A DNA stretch of 64,000 nt, from the NCBI GenBank assembly GCA_017654855.1, contig CM030333.1, forward strand, positions 1,054,001 to 1,118,000, written 5' to 3'. Numbering within the stretch: position 1 is the first letter of the stretch; each line of letters begins with the position of its first letter. Source of the stretch: Podospora anserina. Lineage: Eukaryota. The notes under the pieces are model-generated. The model was not told the origin of the DNA. It searched no databases and saw only the letters and a list, made by a program, of their open reading frames with translations. Positions 11,708-25,465 of the stretch are shown here, in pieces. Made by a program: the position numbers and the translations under genes.

Positions 11708-12484
11708 GGTGGAGGATTTGCAGGGCGGAAGCTACCTGCACTGCATATTCTAGATGATAGTTGAGAGAAGCGAAAAAAAGTTTGAGATAGGTACTGTTGA
11801 AGCGGTGTTATCTGTTGTTGGTCACTTGAACCCAACTGTATTAGAAACCAAGCAACATGAACGATAGGCCTGGAGGTGATTTCTTGGCAGCGACTGCCTT
11901 GTGTCGTCATTGTCGCAGGAAACTGCCCGATTCGACAAAGGGGCGGTGCACACCCCGCTGCCAAGAGTATCGGGGTGGGTGGCAGCCGTTTGCACTGAAC
12001 TGAGGAGTTTGGCATTATATTTCACTTGGGAAGCTGTTGTTTAGTTTTGAATGTCAGAACAGTTTTTTCTATGTTTTGGATGGATGAGGCAGTTGCAGTA
12101 TTATATCTTTAACTGCCGAAGCTGTCTTGGATATCTCATACCGAAAGAGCAGCAAGTGCTGTCTTAGCTTGAAGTTGTCGTGCAGACACTAGATAAGAGC
12201 TCCGATAAGAAGGCTAAGCCCAACCCTGGCGTCTGTTCACTGTGTAGAGTGGAGACCGCATTTTTCCAAAGTGAGATCCAGCGCGTCGTAAAGCATCGCA
12301 TCGCGCAGTCGCATTCATTTTGAGATTTCGTCAATTTCAACCGTCCAGCACCACCACCACCACCAAGATCACCACGCCTGCTTCACACCAGTTATACATC
12401 ATAACAACAACAAAACAACCAACCTTTTCGCCCTCCACAAGTTCCCAATCTCTCTCAACTATAACCACCTACCCGCCCTCCAAA

Positions 12485-13178
12485 ATGCCATCCATAACCA
12501 CCATCCACGAGTCCCTCCCATGTAAGTTTCCTTCCCCTCCCCCCCCCATCTGCCCTATTATCCAACTCTCATCCTAACCTCCCAGACATCGACTCCCCCC
12601 CCACATCAACCCAACTAACCGCCGCCCAAACCCTCATTACCCGCGAACGCACCCTCCACCCCGACGACCCCAACCACGCCCTCCTCCCCCCCCCCTACCA
12701 CCCCCAATTCCTCACCCCTCTCCTCACATCTGAATTCTCCCGCCTCTCCAGTACCTCCCCCCCACCAAAACTAAACGCCCTGGACCTGTCCCGATACAAC
12801 ACCCTCCCCTCCCAACCCCCCAACCCCACCCCCCACTCCCTCCAGTCAGAACTCTCAAAAGCCTACACCTCCCACGCCTACATCTCCTCCCGCCGCTCCC
12901 ACCTCGCCCTCCTTGACACCTACGGAAAAACCGCCTGGCTAGTCGGGAACTACCACCTCGAGGGCGAGCTCAAGGCCCTAGAGAAGGAACTCGCCCAGAC
13001 CAAACAAGAGATCGATCTTGTGACTCTGGCGAGGAAGACAAGACAAGAAGAGGTCGGGCCGGAGATGAGGATGCTAGAGGAGAATTGGAAAATGGGGGTG
13101 GGGAGGGTGCTGGAGACGGAGGTGGCGACCGAGGGGGTGAGGAGGGAGGTTTTGGGGGTTCTTGCCGGGAGGGAGTAA
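12485..13178 (+). CDS. SPF27: Pre-mRNA splicing factor SPF27/BCAS2/Cwf7 (209 aa); exons 12485-12521, 12586-13178
   Basis: Spliced translation MPSITTIHESLPYID...LDLSRY...LALLDTYGKTAWLVGNYHLE...RKTRQEEVGPEMRMLEENWKMGVGRVLETEVA matches BCAS2-family motifs. Intron GTAAGT...CTAAC...CAG; 630 nt in frame. Confidence 0.9.
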
Positions 13179-13979
13179 GAGATTGTTGTTGTTGTTGGCA
13201 AAAGAGACTGCGAGAAACGAGGCGGTATTTCGAGAAGGGGAGAGAAAGAGGTCAGGTGAAAGAAGCAAGGGAGATGTGTGAGGTGGGAATTGTAACGAAA
13301 TGTTGGGAGTTTTACGAGTTTACCACAACAGGGGAGGTTCTATGCTGAGGATCGTTGTTTAGGGGGCAGAGTAAGGGACAGACACGTAAAATGGGAAGGG
13401 ATATTGTCATAAATATGCTGGAGTTTGGGAATATACATCAGGGAGAACATGTTGCTTCACACAGAAAGTGTTAATATACTTAAATATGGCCGGGTTATAA
13501 ACCAAAAGTGCTGCCCAAAGAATTGTCGAAAGGCGTGAAAAGGGGTGCGAAAAACTTCTTGACACGGCGCTATATTCCACAAGACAAGAAGCACTTTGTT
13601 GTCTATGTGTCCGTCAACGACTATGCATTTCACACAATACATATGGGTGGGGTGAGCAATGTACATAACCCTAGGCAAACATAGCATTTGCTATCATGAC
13701 CTGTTTGCTACTCCTTCAGGTATCTAATAACAAGCCAAAGTGTTTGGTCTTGAATAATCAATGTAGGCCAAAAATAATAATAGGGAGACAGCAGAGTGAA
13801 AATAATAATCCAAAACTCCAGCCCCAACCCACAAAGCCACACCAAGAATACCATACTTTGTTCCCTTCTCCAATATTTGTTCTTTTCACCACCAAAAAAA
13901 CTCGAGAAGCAAGCGCCCACACCGTGCCCCATTACACCTCTTTTCCCTATTCTGATCCCTCTCCATGCTCCATCATCCT

Positions 13980-15220
13980 TTAAACCGTCTGAAGGGGATC
14001 CATCTCCTCCACCCCAGTCTTGACACCCACATACTTGGTTCTCCGCATAATACTCTCGACCGGCCCCAGCAACCGCTGGAACGCCGACTTGCCAAGCGAC
14101 ACAACCTTGACCTCGGTGGTGCTCACGACGCTGGCGGCGCGTGGTGCGTCATTAAGCAGAGCGAGCTCGCCAAAGAAATCGCCCTTCTTGTAGTGCTTGA
14201 CAGCGGTCTCGTCGCCCCTCCTAAGAGCGACCGCCTCGCCATCCACAAGCAAGTAAAAGGAGTCACCCGGGTCGCCCTCGCGAATAATGGTGTGACCGGC
14301 CGGGAATTTCTCGCTCTTGAGCGCATCCGCAATCTTGGAGCGCTCATACGGGGTAAGGCTTGAGAGCAAAGGCACCTCCTCGAGGAAGCCCTCGTACATG
14401 CGACGACGGGCAAAGGTCGACTCCATCAGGATCCTCCGGAAGGTCATACGGTCCAAGGCCCAGAGGGTGCAGTTGGGCTCGGCGGAAATAACAGTAGCGG
14501 CCCGCGGGGCGTTGTACATGAGCGCAAGCTCCCCAAAAGAACCGCCTGCACCAATGGTGCTAACCTTCCTGCCAGCCCCGTCCAAACCAGGCTCGACCTT
14601 TCCTGTGGGGCTGACGTAAATATCGAAAGAACCCTTTTCGATGATATAAAAGAAGTCACCGGTATCTCCTTGGGTAATCACCTGCCAAACACATTAGTCG
14701 TGCCCTTTTTGGCCAACACGAACGCCCAACTCACCTTGATATCCTTGGATGGGATCGGTTTTTCTATCAAAGCCCCCAATACCTGGGCGGTTTGCTCGTC
14801 ATCGAGGTGGCTGAACAGGAAATTGCCGCTGATGGCTTCCTTCAACCGCTCCAGCTGCTCGGGCGTCTTCGGATGCACAGGAGGTGTCCAATTGTCATAA
14901 GCTTCTCCGGTAGGGGGTTTCAGTGACTCGGCCGATACCGAAGTGCGACGACCCAAGTTGTACTGGGCTGGGTAGCCTGTTGGATCAAGATGGGGCCTGT
15001 TGACTCCAGTCATGTGTGTATCAGATGCCGCATCGGCACCAAACGGGCTTCGGAAGAGACCGGCGCCATGGTCGGCTGGAGCGCGGCCAAAGCCCGCCGT
15101 TGTGGGCGAAGTCACCATGTCATTTTCGTCCTCCTCGGCGACTCTTTGCATACCAGTGGTCTCCAGTCTGCCAAATGGGTTCGAGTTGCCCCCGAAAGGA
15201 CTGCTGAAGCCAGTGGACAT
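13980..15220 (-). CDS. pkaR: cAMP-dependent protein kinase regulatory subunit (395 aa); intron 14682-14734
   Basis: Inhibitor site RRTSVSAE; two cNMP-binding domains with FGELALMYNAPRAAT and FGELALLNDAPRAAS. Confidence 0.97.
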
Positions 15221-17366
15221 GTTGGACAACGTTCAGAAAGTGGGTGTGGTTTATCGATTGGAGAATTTCACGATCTGGTTCGAAAAAAGGGGGCCGAGCC
15301 TGATGTACTTGAGGTCGGCCTGGGCGAGTATGTCGGTTACAGAGTCAGGATACCAACTCTGTTTCTCTCTGGGGGCTGCAGCACACGGTTAGAACATGGC
15401 CGACTCAAGCGGTGCAATGCGAGGATGTAGGAAAAGGGCCATTTAGAGACAAAATGGGCTGCGCGACTCGGAGAAGTGCAGGGCGCCGGCAAGCTGCTGT
15501 TGTATGAACGGTCTCGTCATGCAGAGCTCAAACCCGTCTGGTTTCGCCGAAAGAGAAATTGAGACAGGGCAACAAAAGCCGTGAAACATGAGAAGGCATG
15601 GCTTGACTTACTTTTCGGCCAGAGACACAGGAGGCGTCGATATGGTTTGGCTGGACAAAGCCACCGACGGTGGGAGTATGTGTGGTGGCGTGGCTATGGG
15701 GAGTCTGCGGCGTTCGGGATCCAGAAGCGGGAGCTGGCGAAGAGGGGTAGTGTTGTTGTAGGAGAAAAAGATGCCGCAGTCGACGAGGAGCTTTCTCAAT
15801 GATAAAGAACAGGAGAGAGAGGGTGCAATCCGAGCTAAGCCAGGGAGGTGGTAGGGAAGCTTAACGATCGGCTTGCAGGCGAACAAGGAATAAAGGCCGA
15901 GACAGACAAGTCCGGCACACGGCGGCAGAAATTGGGAGAGACGAACGGCAGGGTCGTGTAATGTGTATTGTAGGTATGTAGAGTAGAGATAGTGACAGCA
16001 GAAACGGAGAGAGTTAGTACAAGGAGGTTGGGTTGAGCAGGAGGATCAGGTATAGAAGAGGCCGAGATGGCAAGATGCAGAGATGAAAAAATAAAATAAA
16101 GGGGAGTCCAGGAAGGCGGAAAGGGGGGGGAGACTGGAAGGCGAGGAGGGGAGATGGAGGTGAAGCTTTACGTTTGGCGAGTGGGGTGGTTCCCGCCCTA
16201 CAGTTCGACAGTGCGGTATCGAGACGCCTGTGTTCCCTGCATTTCATCACCGAAAGACTTTGGAGCCATCAAGGACCCCAGTCAGGCCCGCAACCAGGCG
16301 GCGCAAATCCGGGGAGACGCCACTTTGGAGCAGCGGTTGACGACTAGGTAGAGCAAGATGATATCTAATACTCGCAGCTCAGAGTCATGAGTGCCGTGAC
16401 CAGGCACATGAGTGACATGGTGAGAGCTTGCTGTTATCAGCAGAGTCACTGGCTGAGAACGGACATCAGGCCCCCTTCACAACCAGGACCTCCCTCTCGC
16501 TTTGACTCCACAATACCGCTAGGCGCAGGCCAGTCATTTGCGTCGAACAATTCTAGAAAGCGCATGGACCGTTATATGGCCCATGCCTTGGCCGCTGACG
16601 TGCTGCTGAACTTGACCGATCTTCTGCTTCGGCTTCTCTTGCAGATCTGCCGCAGCGTGCTCACCAGGTGGCAACTGCGTACCCTTGGCACCGGGAGTGA
16701 AAGAAGGAATGCTTCTGTCCGGATTTGGGGCACACAAGCCAGGGCAACACTTCAGACGTTGGACTTGGGGCTCTGTCTGCCGGTGGCCTGGCACATGCGC
16801 AGGAACACTGTCTGGCTGTCACTCTTCCATAAGACTTCATATCGGTACTAGGACGGCATTGCTGAGGCCTGCAGCTCCTCCAATCCCTACTATTTGATAG
16901 ACACCAGATAGTCGTCAACGGTACGGATATGTCCCTTACCAGAGAGATTCGTATCAATCAGACAATGGCTCTCGCCCGCCCAGAGTGGTATTCAGCAATT
17001 TACGAACCTCTGATCGGACACCCCGAGAGTATCTCAATCTCCACTGTTTCTCATGATTTCCCCTGTGATGAACAGTCCCATCACACTCGATATTTGTCCC
17101 ACGTGCCGGATCGCGTGACCGCTCTCTCTTGTCTGGTCGTCGCCGTTGGGTTGTTCCAAAAATGGATTTCCTTCTGCCTGTCTCCGTCAGCACTGGAGCC
17201 GTCACAGCCTCCTGCCAAGACACAGCACGGGCCATTGAACTCGCCGCAGACACCGAAGACTCCGTGTCTTCGAAACGCTCCTTTTCCAGAGATCCTCTCC
17301 CTTTGACAACCCCCCAAGCCACCCCGCAACGACGACGACGACGACGTCGGAAAAAATACGCCCGCC

Positions 17367-18660
17367 ATGGCTCCGAGACGTCGCCGCGGAGCCTCCGACG
17401 ATGCTGCCGCAGATGACCACTCCGAGACGGATGCGCCCAAGAACCGCCCACCCAATACAGCCTTTCGCCAGCAACGCATGCGCGCCTGGCAGTGTGTGCT
17501 GACACCGAAACTTATTGTCACCATCTTCTCCATTCTCGCCGCCATCTACCTTGGCTTCGGCGCCTATCTTACATACCTTGCGCATACTGTGGGTTGGCTG
17601 TCCGATGAACTGCCCTTGTAGGGCACATGCTTATAAATTATGTTTCCAGGTCCGCGACATCTCGATCGACTACACCAAGTGTATCACCGACGCACCAACA
17701 GATGACTTTGGACCGATTCCGGCTGAAAACATCGAGGCTCATTTCTCGGTGACAAATCCCGACTTGGATCCCTTCCGGTCTCAGTGGAAAAGAGAGACGA
17801 TCAATGATGTCAAGGTCGCCAATTACACTGCGAAACGGGAGTATTGCTATGTCCGAATCAACATCCCCGAGGACCTGAAGCCGACCATCAGCTTCTTCTA
17901 TCACCTCAACAACTTTTACCAGAACCACCGTCGTTATGTCAATTCTTTCAATGCCAAGCAACTTCTCGGCGACGCAGTAGATGGCGGCACCATCAACGCC
18001 TCCACCTGCGCACCCCTGACTCACAACCACGAGGGCAAGATCATTTATCCCTGTGGTTTGGTGGCCAACTCAATCTTCAACGACACTTTCTCTCCGCCCC
18101 TGTTGTTGAACCCGCGAAATTCGTCAGAGGACAGTGTCGAGTATCCCATGTCGACCAAGGGCATCGCTTGGCCTGGAATCAAAGACTTGTATGGTCTTAC
18201 AAGCTACAAATATTCAGATATTGTGCCCCCACCCAACTGGGAGGAGCGTTACAAGTTTGGTTATGATGAGGTGAACAACCCGGTACCGGATCTCAAGAGC
18301 GACGAGCTTTTCCAAAACTGGATGATGTTGGCTGCCGCGCCCAACTTTTACAAACTGTACCAGAAGAGCAACACCAGCGAGGTGATGGCTGCTGGTACAT
18401 ACGAGATCAAGATTGAGTCCAACTTCGACACCACCAAGTATAATGGCGGGAAGTCTTTCGTCCTCACCACTGTCTCGACAATGGGATCGCGCAACATCTG
18501 GCCAGGAATCATTTTCCTGATTGTTGGCGGTATCTGCCTTGTTCTTGACGTCTACTTCATCTTGTCGTTCTTTTTGTGGAAGCCGCGCAAGCTTGGCGAC
18601 CCATCATATCTTTCGTGGAACCAGCCATCGGCACCACAGGGGCATGCTTCGACTTCATAG
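17367..18660 (+). CDS. CDC50/LEM3 family P4-ATPase (flippase) beta subunit (410 aa); intron 17589-17649
   Basis: KNRPPNTAFRQQRMRAWQ, FYQNHRRYVNS, YPCGLVANSIFNDTF, two TM segments, C-terminal PRKLGDPSYLSWN. Confidence 0.95.
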
Positions 18661-19622
18661 GGCCACAGCAGGGGCGGTGGGAGAAAAGTAGAGTTATGAG
18701 AGCATTATAGGGCGGGGCTGGACTCGTCGTTCTGTTTTCTGTCTGACAACAGTGTGCAGTGTCTTGGGAATAGCTTTGGGGTTACACGGCGTATGGCGGT
18801 CACTGGGTTTTTGGCTTGTTTTCTTGTTATTTCTCTATGCCCCACGATTCCTGGAAAGGACGTGGTGAGTTGTCATCAGTTTTGCTTGAACTGTACTGTA
18901 CAGATACCTGGCTCCTCTCGGGGCTCTATTTGGCATTGGGGTGTTCTGAATCGAATGAATATAATGACGTGTTCTTGCCTGACGTGCCTACCTAGGTAAG
19001 TAGCAGACTCGCAACAGTTTGTGAACGCCCGCCGACCCATCTACTACCAATCTGTGGTCAGTGCTGTATTTCTCTAGCAAGAACCGTCCACTAATCACCA
19101 ATTCACTGCTCGCACCGACGAGCCTTTGCTTTGTCTTGCCATCCACCCCGCACCGGCGACCTTTCAACACTCGATTCGCCGTCCCGAGTCCCGGCACCGA
19201 ATAACTCACGGCAGCTAGTTTCATCTTCCAAAACCCCGGATCATTGTTGGACCTCAAGATTGAAGGACCAAGATTTTCATTCCCTCAGACTGCTCAGTCA
19301 GAAAAGTGGCAGCCTCAGGCCACTAAAAAACCACTTAGGCAACCAAGCACGCCAAAACGCGACGGGGTGGTCCGTGAACGTCCAGCAACGCGACACCCCT
19401 GTAAATTTTTGCCTTGGCCCGCCGAGCCTTGTTAAGTTGTTGCACCCTGCACACCTCCTTTGCCCGGCGGTAGACAATCTGCTACCTCTCCATCTCCATA
19501 CCTACCGACAACCACTTTTCCATCGAGGGCGACGACTCTTCCCACCAGCATCATCACCCCACCGACTGGCTTTTGCGCCGCCATCGCCATCGTCAACCCC
19601 CGCGAAAGCGCAGTCGCCCATC

Positions 19623-22600
19623 ATGGCCGACATCAAAATCGACGCCAAGGTCTTCCAGGAGCGCATCTCGCATTTTGTCAACGCCTGGAAGGCCGACAAG
19701 CGCTCCGGCGACGCGCTGTTCAATGGCGCCTCGTCCATCCTCATCCTGATGGGCAAGGTCACCGAGGAGCCCGAGCTCTACAAAAATAATGCCATGCACG
19801 TAAGTTTATCAACATTGCCCCGGATTGTAGCTTGCGCCGTCTGACAACAAGCTCTGCAGTTTTGGCTCCTCGGCTACGAGTTTCCAACGACATTGATGCT
19901 CCTAACTACTGATACCCTCTACATTCTCACGACTCAGAAGAAAGGTCAGCTTGATTGATCTCCGGCTCGATTGCCACCTGTTTTATGCGCTGACACTGCC
20001 TACAGCCAAATACCTGGACCAGATCAAGGGCGGCCGGTTCCCCGTCGAGGTGCTTGTCAAGGGCAAGGACGCGGCCGAAAACGAGAGGCACTTCATCAAA
20101 ATCACAGATGCCATCAAGGCAGCAGGGGTGAGTCATCACCCGCGTGAGTTCGTATGTCTGTTTTCGGAGCTAACGAGCCATGGTTACAGAAGAAGGTCGG
20201 TGTGCTTACCAAAGACACCTCCAGCGGCCCGTTCATCGATGAGTGGAAGAAGATTTATGCCGACAACTGCAAAGATGTGGAACAGGTCGAGATCGCTCCG
20301 GCACTCTCCACCGCTGCCTTCTCTGTGAAGGACGAGGCAGAGCTCCGCGCCATGCGTAGCTCATCCAAGGCCTGCGTGGCCCTTTTGACCCCGTACTTCC
20401 TCGACGAAATGTCCAACATCCTCGACCAAGACAAGAAGATCAAGCACAGCGCCTTGGCCGACAAGGTGTACAACAAACTGGAGGACGAGAATTTCTGGAA
20501 GTCTGTCCAGCTTCCCAATCGCCAGAAATTACCGAGCGATTTTGACCCAGAACAGCTTGACTGGGTCTTGGGTCCTATTGTGCAGAGCGGCGGAAAATTC
20601 GACCTCAAGTGGCAGCAGGACTCAGACGACGAGATCCTCCACCCTGGTATCATCATTGCGGCCATGGGCCTGAGATACAAGTCATACTGCTCGCAGATTG
20701 CCAGAACCTTTATGGTGGACCCCAACAAGTCCCAGGAGAGCAACTACAAGTTTTTGCTCTCTGTTCACAACATGATCCTGAAGGGGATCCGGGACGGGGT
20801 GGTGGTCAAGGATGTCTACTCCAAGGCTCTTGGCTTGATCAAATCAAAGAAGCCCGAGCTCGAGAAGCATTTCTTGAAGAATGTTGGCTACGGAATTGGT
20901 CTTGAGAACAAGGACCCCACTTTGGTTCTCAACGCCAAGAACCAAAGGACTCTGCGGGATGGCATGACACTTGTCATCACCACTGGATTCAGCGACATTC
21001 AGAACCCCAACCCACAGGATAAGAATAGCAAGACTTACTCCTTGGTTCTCACCGACACAGTCCGCGTCACCGCTGCAGAGCCAGTGGTGTTCACAGGCGA
21101 GGCTCCCGTGGAGGTTGATGCTACCTCTTTCTTCTTCAAAGACGAGGATGAGGCTCAGCCAACCCCCAAAAAGGAAAAGAGAGACTCGCGAGTCGGTGCT
21201 GTTGCTACTAAGAACATCACTAGCACTCGCCTGCGCTCTGAACGCAACACGGCGGTGGATGACGACGCTGAAAAGAGGCGTCGCGCTCATCAAAAGGAGC
21301 TTTCAGCAAAGAAGCAGGCCGAGGGTTTGGCCAAGTATGCCGAGTCCACGGCCGACCAAAACGGCGTAGAGGTGAAGAAGTTCAAGCGCTTCGAGTCGTA
21401 CAAGCGCGATAACCAGTTCCCACCCAAGGTCAGGGATATGGGCATTGTTATTGACCAAAAGAACGCCACCATCGTTCTGCCAGTGATGGGCAGACCCGTT
21501 CCGTTCCACGTCAATACCATCAAGAATGCCAGCAAGAGTGATGAAGGCGAGTGGTCATTCCTGCGCATCAACTTCCTGTCACCTGGTCAGGGTGTTGGAC
21601 GCAAGGATGATCAGCCATTCGAGGATGCCTCGGCTCACTTCGTCAGAAGCTTGACCTTCCGTTCGACTGATGGTGATCGGTATACCGACATTGCCAACCA
21701 GATTGCCAACCTCAAGCGCGAGGCCGTCAAGAAGGAGCAGGAGAAGAAGGACCTGGAGGATGTTATCGAGCAGGACAAGCTGGTTGAGATAAGAAGTAAG
21801 AGGATTTCGCTTTTGACTACTGTGACTGCCACTAACCTGTGTTTCAGACCGCCGCCCCGCTGTTTTGGATAACGTCTTCATTCGGCCGGCCATGGAAGGC
21901 AAGCGTGTGCCAGGTAAGGTAGAGATTCACCAGAACGGTCTCCGCTACCAGTCACCATTGAGCACCACCCAACGTGTCGACATTCTCTTCTCCAACGTCC
22001 GCCACCTGTTTTTCCAGCCCTGCGAGCACGAGTTGATTGTCATCATCCACGTCCACCTCAAGGACCCCATCCTCTTCGGCAAGAAGAAGACCAAGGATGT
22101 GCAGTTTTATCGTGAAGCCACCGATATCCAGTTTGACGAAACCGGCAATAGGAAGCGGAAGTATAGGTATGGTGACGAGGACGAATTCGAAGCCGAGCAG
22201 GAGGAGCGCCGTCGTCGCAACGAGCTCGATAGGCTGTTTAAGAGCTTTGCCGACAAGATAGCCGAAGCGGGCAAGAACGAGGGATTGGAAGTGGACATGC
22301 CGCTCCGCGAGATAGGATTCAATGGCGTGCCCTTCCGTAGTAACGTGTACATCCAGCCCACGACCGAGTGTCTGATCCAGATCACGGAACCGCCATTCAT
22401 GGTCATCACGCTGGACGACATTGAAATCGCCCATCTGGAACGTGTGCAATACGGTCTCAAGAACTTTGATCTGGTCTTTATCTTTAAGGACTTTACTCGA
22501 CCGCCAGCGCACATCAACACCATCCCGGTTGAGTCGCTCGAGGACGTGAAAGAGTTTCTGGACTCCGTTAACATCGCCTACTCGGAGGGTCCCCTGAACC

Positions 22601-22959
22601 TCAACTGGTCGGTCATCATGAAGACCGTCACGGCAGACACGCACCAGTTCTTTTTGGACGGCGGCTGGGGTTTCCTCCAGAACGACTCGGACGAGGAGGG
22701 CGGGTCTGACGAGGAGGAGGAGGAGTCGGCGTTTGAGATTAGCGAGTCGGAGCTGGATGTTGCCAGCGAGTCGAGCGAGGAGGACTCGGACTTTGACAGT
22801 AATGCGTCTGCCGAGGCTAGTGATGAGGCGGAGATGTCTGATGAGGAGGAGGGGGAGGATTGGGATGAGCTGGAGAAGAAGGCGAGGAAGAGGGATAGGG
22901 AGAGTGGGTTGGAGGAGGAGGATAATAAGAAGGGGGCCAAGAAGCAGAAGAGAAGGTAA
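19623..22959 (+). CDS. SPT16: FACT complex subunit SPT16 (1033 aa); introns 19800-19859, 19945-20005, 20128-20189, 21796-21847
   Basis: [62 protein letters not shown], acidic tail. The spliced length is in frame. Confidence 0.97.
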
Positions 22960-23525
22960 ATTTGGATGGGGTAAAGGAGAGAGAGAAAGGGGAAAAGAAA
23001 AACTGGTGATGATGATGGTTTGGTCTTCTTTTTTTTTTGATGGGGTCTTTAGCAGGTTATCGTCTACTGACTGGTCTGTTTCTGTTGAAGGGATAGGGAA
23101 GGGGGGTACCAACAAAGTGTATATGTATTTTTCTAGGCTTTTTCTTTTTAGTAAAAACGGAAAGGAAAGGTTTTTTTTCGTTGTCTTAATTTGATTACCT
23201 ACCCTGTCACCCTTTTCTATCTTGTTGGACACAGAATGGCATGGCTGGGGTGGTCCAGGCAACAAGGCGATGAGTTGGCATCTTGGGGTTTGTATAGCAA
23301 GCAGCTTGTCTAGCTAGGTAGTGTTGGTTATTGTATGACTATTCTACATGAAATTTCCCTTCCCTCATTGTGACCATTATCGCCGTGGAGACCTATGTGC
23401 GTGCAAAGTAAATCGTAAAAAGCAAATGGCCAGCAAATATAAACAGTCAGGTAATTACCGCCATCCTTGAACAAGATTATCTACCAACCTGTCAGCACCA
23501 CAGAGATCTTGCTGTTCCAAATGTT

Positions 23526-25465
23526 TCACCACTCCACACCCAGCACACACAACCTCCCCACCCTCGGCGACCACCCAAACGTCAGCATCACTCTTGAATA
23601 CAACAGCCGCTCCTCCACGTCCCTCAGCGAATCGTTATCAAGCCTAGTCAGCACCTTCCACGACTCATAACTCTGCTTTGCCACCACCTCCTGCGGCTGG
23701 AGATCATCAAACGGGTCGTCCAAATCATCCAGGTCGTCAAAGATGTCGTCTCCAAGGAAGTGCTTTTCGTACTCGATCTCAACACTGTCGCTTTTCTCCT
23801 TTTTAATGCTCACATCACCATTGTCATCCCCGTTCTTGACAGCGACGACACCTCCATCAGCGTGAGAGTCGTCGGCCAGTTCTGAAAACACATGCGTAGC
23901 CTGCGTGTGTACAGCTTCGGCTGGGGCAGTGTTGTTATTCCCGAATAGGAGTTCAGTCCATGCTCTATCACTCCAGATCAGTTTCCCTGCTGCCACGGAG
24001 CCGGCCTCGTCTGTCAAGGAGCCGATGATCTTTGGGTTGAGGGAGAGCTCGTGTGTTTTGAGGCAGTTTTTGCAGGTGGCGTTGGCGTTGTGGGAGTAGA
24101 GGGGGATGTTGCAGCTGAGAAGCAAAGGAGTCAGTATACTTGAGTGGAAGGGATGGGGGAGGTGATCAAGGGGTAAAATAAAGTGTAGGAAACGAGTTCA
24201 CAAAAGGGTAAGTGAAGATGCGAGCCTACCATTCGAAGCAGCAGAGCTGCCGCTTCCTGCATTGCTCCACAATCGACACCCCCGTGATCAACAGGTTGAG
24301 TTTACCTGTGAAAACTACCTCTGGTACTTCGCGGACATACTCATCAATGTCTGCCAGCGTGTAGAGCGTCCGGCCAGGCCCGTGAATAGCAGCGTCAACA
24401 TCCCAAATGTCAACCGGGAAGGGGATATGGACGCTTTCTTTTCTCGTGCGAGCGGCAGCCATGTGTCGAAGCCAGTCAGCGTCCGGAAAGTCAGGGTCGA
24501 CCTCGACCATAGAACTCGATCCGATGCCAAGTTCCACCAGCCCATTGTTCCTGATAGAGTGCTTCAAGATTGGGTTGGTGATGAGAAGAATGGTCTGGTT
24601 GGCGACCCAGGATTTGGCCGAGGACACCTTGTCCTCCCAGAGTTTGAGCACACAGTTGTTGCATGTCTCGTCAAAGACTCGAACTTCGATCAACTCCAGA
24701 TCTTTCTGCTTGTCCTTGGACCAAACCGTCAAACATGGACCGGCACTGAAGACGCATACCAGAATATGGGCGTCCTGGTTGTCATCATACCCACTGCTGA
24801 TGTAGGCTTTGAGACTCATGAGACCAGGAACCTGAGATAAATTGATGAAGTTATCGTAGTTCAAAGGCACACGGCAAAGCTCGGTGGTGTCTTGCGATGG
24901 ATTGGTTTCGTTGTGGAATCTGATACAGGATGTTGACCCTGCAGAGGGATGAATGGAGATCATCAACGAGACGAATGGGATTCGAAAATTAGAATACGCT
25001 ATGTGTGCTGCCGAGTAATCGGCCACAAAGCCAGTCCAGACAGTTACGAGGGTGCCGAGTTTGAGAAAGTCCTGGTCAGAGCCCGAGCTTAGGAGTTTGA
25101 GCTGTCATGTATATTAGAACTGACCATGTACTAATGCATAGGGTACTCACAAGGACAACGCCAGTGTCATCTTTGACGATCAGCGTGTGAAAGTTCTCTG
25201 GGAGCGCAGAGCGACCTCTTCCTCTTCCATGTGTGGCGGCAGAAAAGTTCACGATCCTCGCCTTGAACCGAACCTTGGCAGGTCCAGGTTGAAGTTCAGC
25301 AATAGTGACTTCCTCGTAGACGCCCTTTGGTCGCCAGGATTGTGTAAGTGGTCGGCGAGCTGCCTCAATCTCGGCCTGCGTAAAGGCCTCGTTCTCAGGA
25401 TTGTGAGGTTTGCAAGACCTAGAGGGGGTCGAGTCTTTGTGGTAGAAGGATTGTATCGACGACAT
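23526..25465 (-). CDS. MEIOB-like / RPA1-related multi-OB-fold ssDNA-binding protein (591 aa); introns 25102-25150, 24115-24229
   Basis: OB-fold motifs LIVKDDTG, EVRVFDETCNNCVLKLWEDKVSSAKSWVANQTILLITNP and SLTDEAGSV; Cys cluster CCFECCNIPLY...CKNC formed across intron 2. Resembles MEIOB as I recall it. Confidence 0.7.

Noticed and set aside
13440..13672. Weak nested inverted similarity between SPF27 and PKA-R
   Set aside because: Matches are short and gapped (e.g. AAAGTGCT/AGCACTTT); cannot be told from chance in an AT-rich terminator region.
21952..23265. 437-aa minus-strand ORF
   Set aside because: Antisense to the acidic C-terminal half of SPT16.
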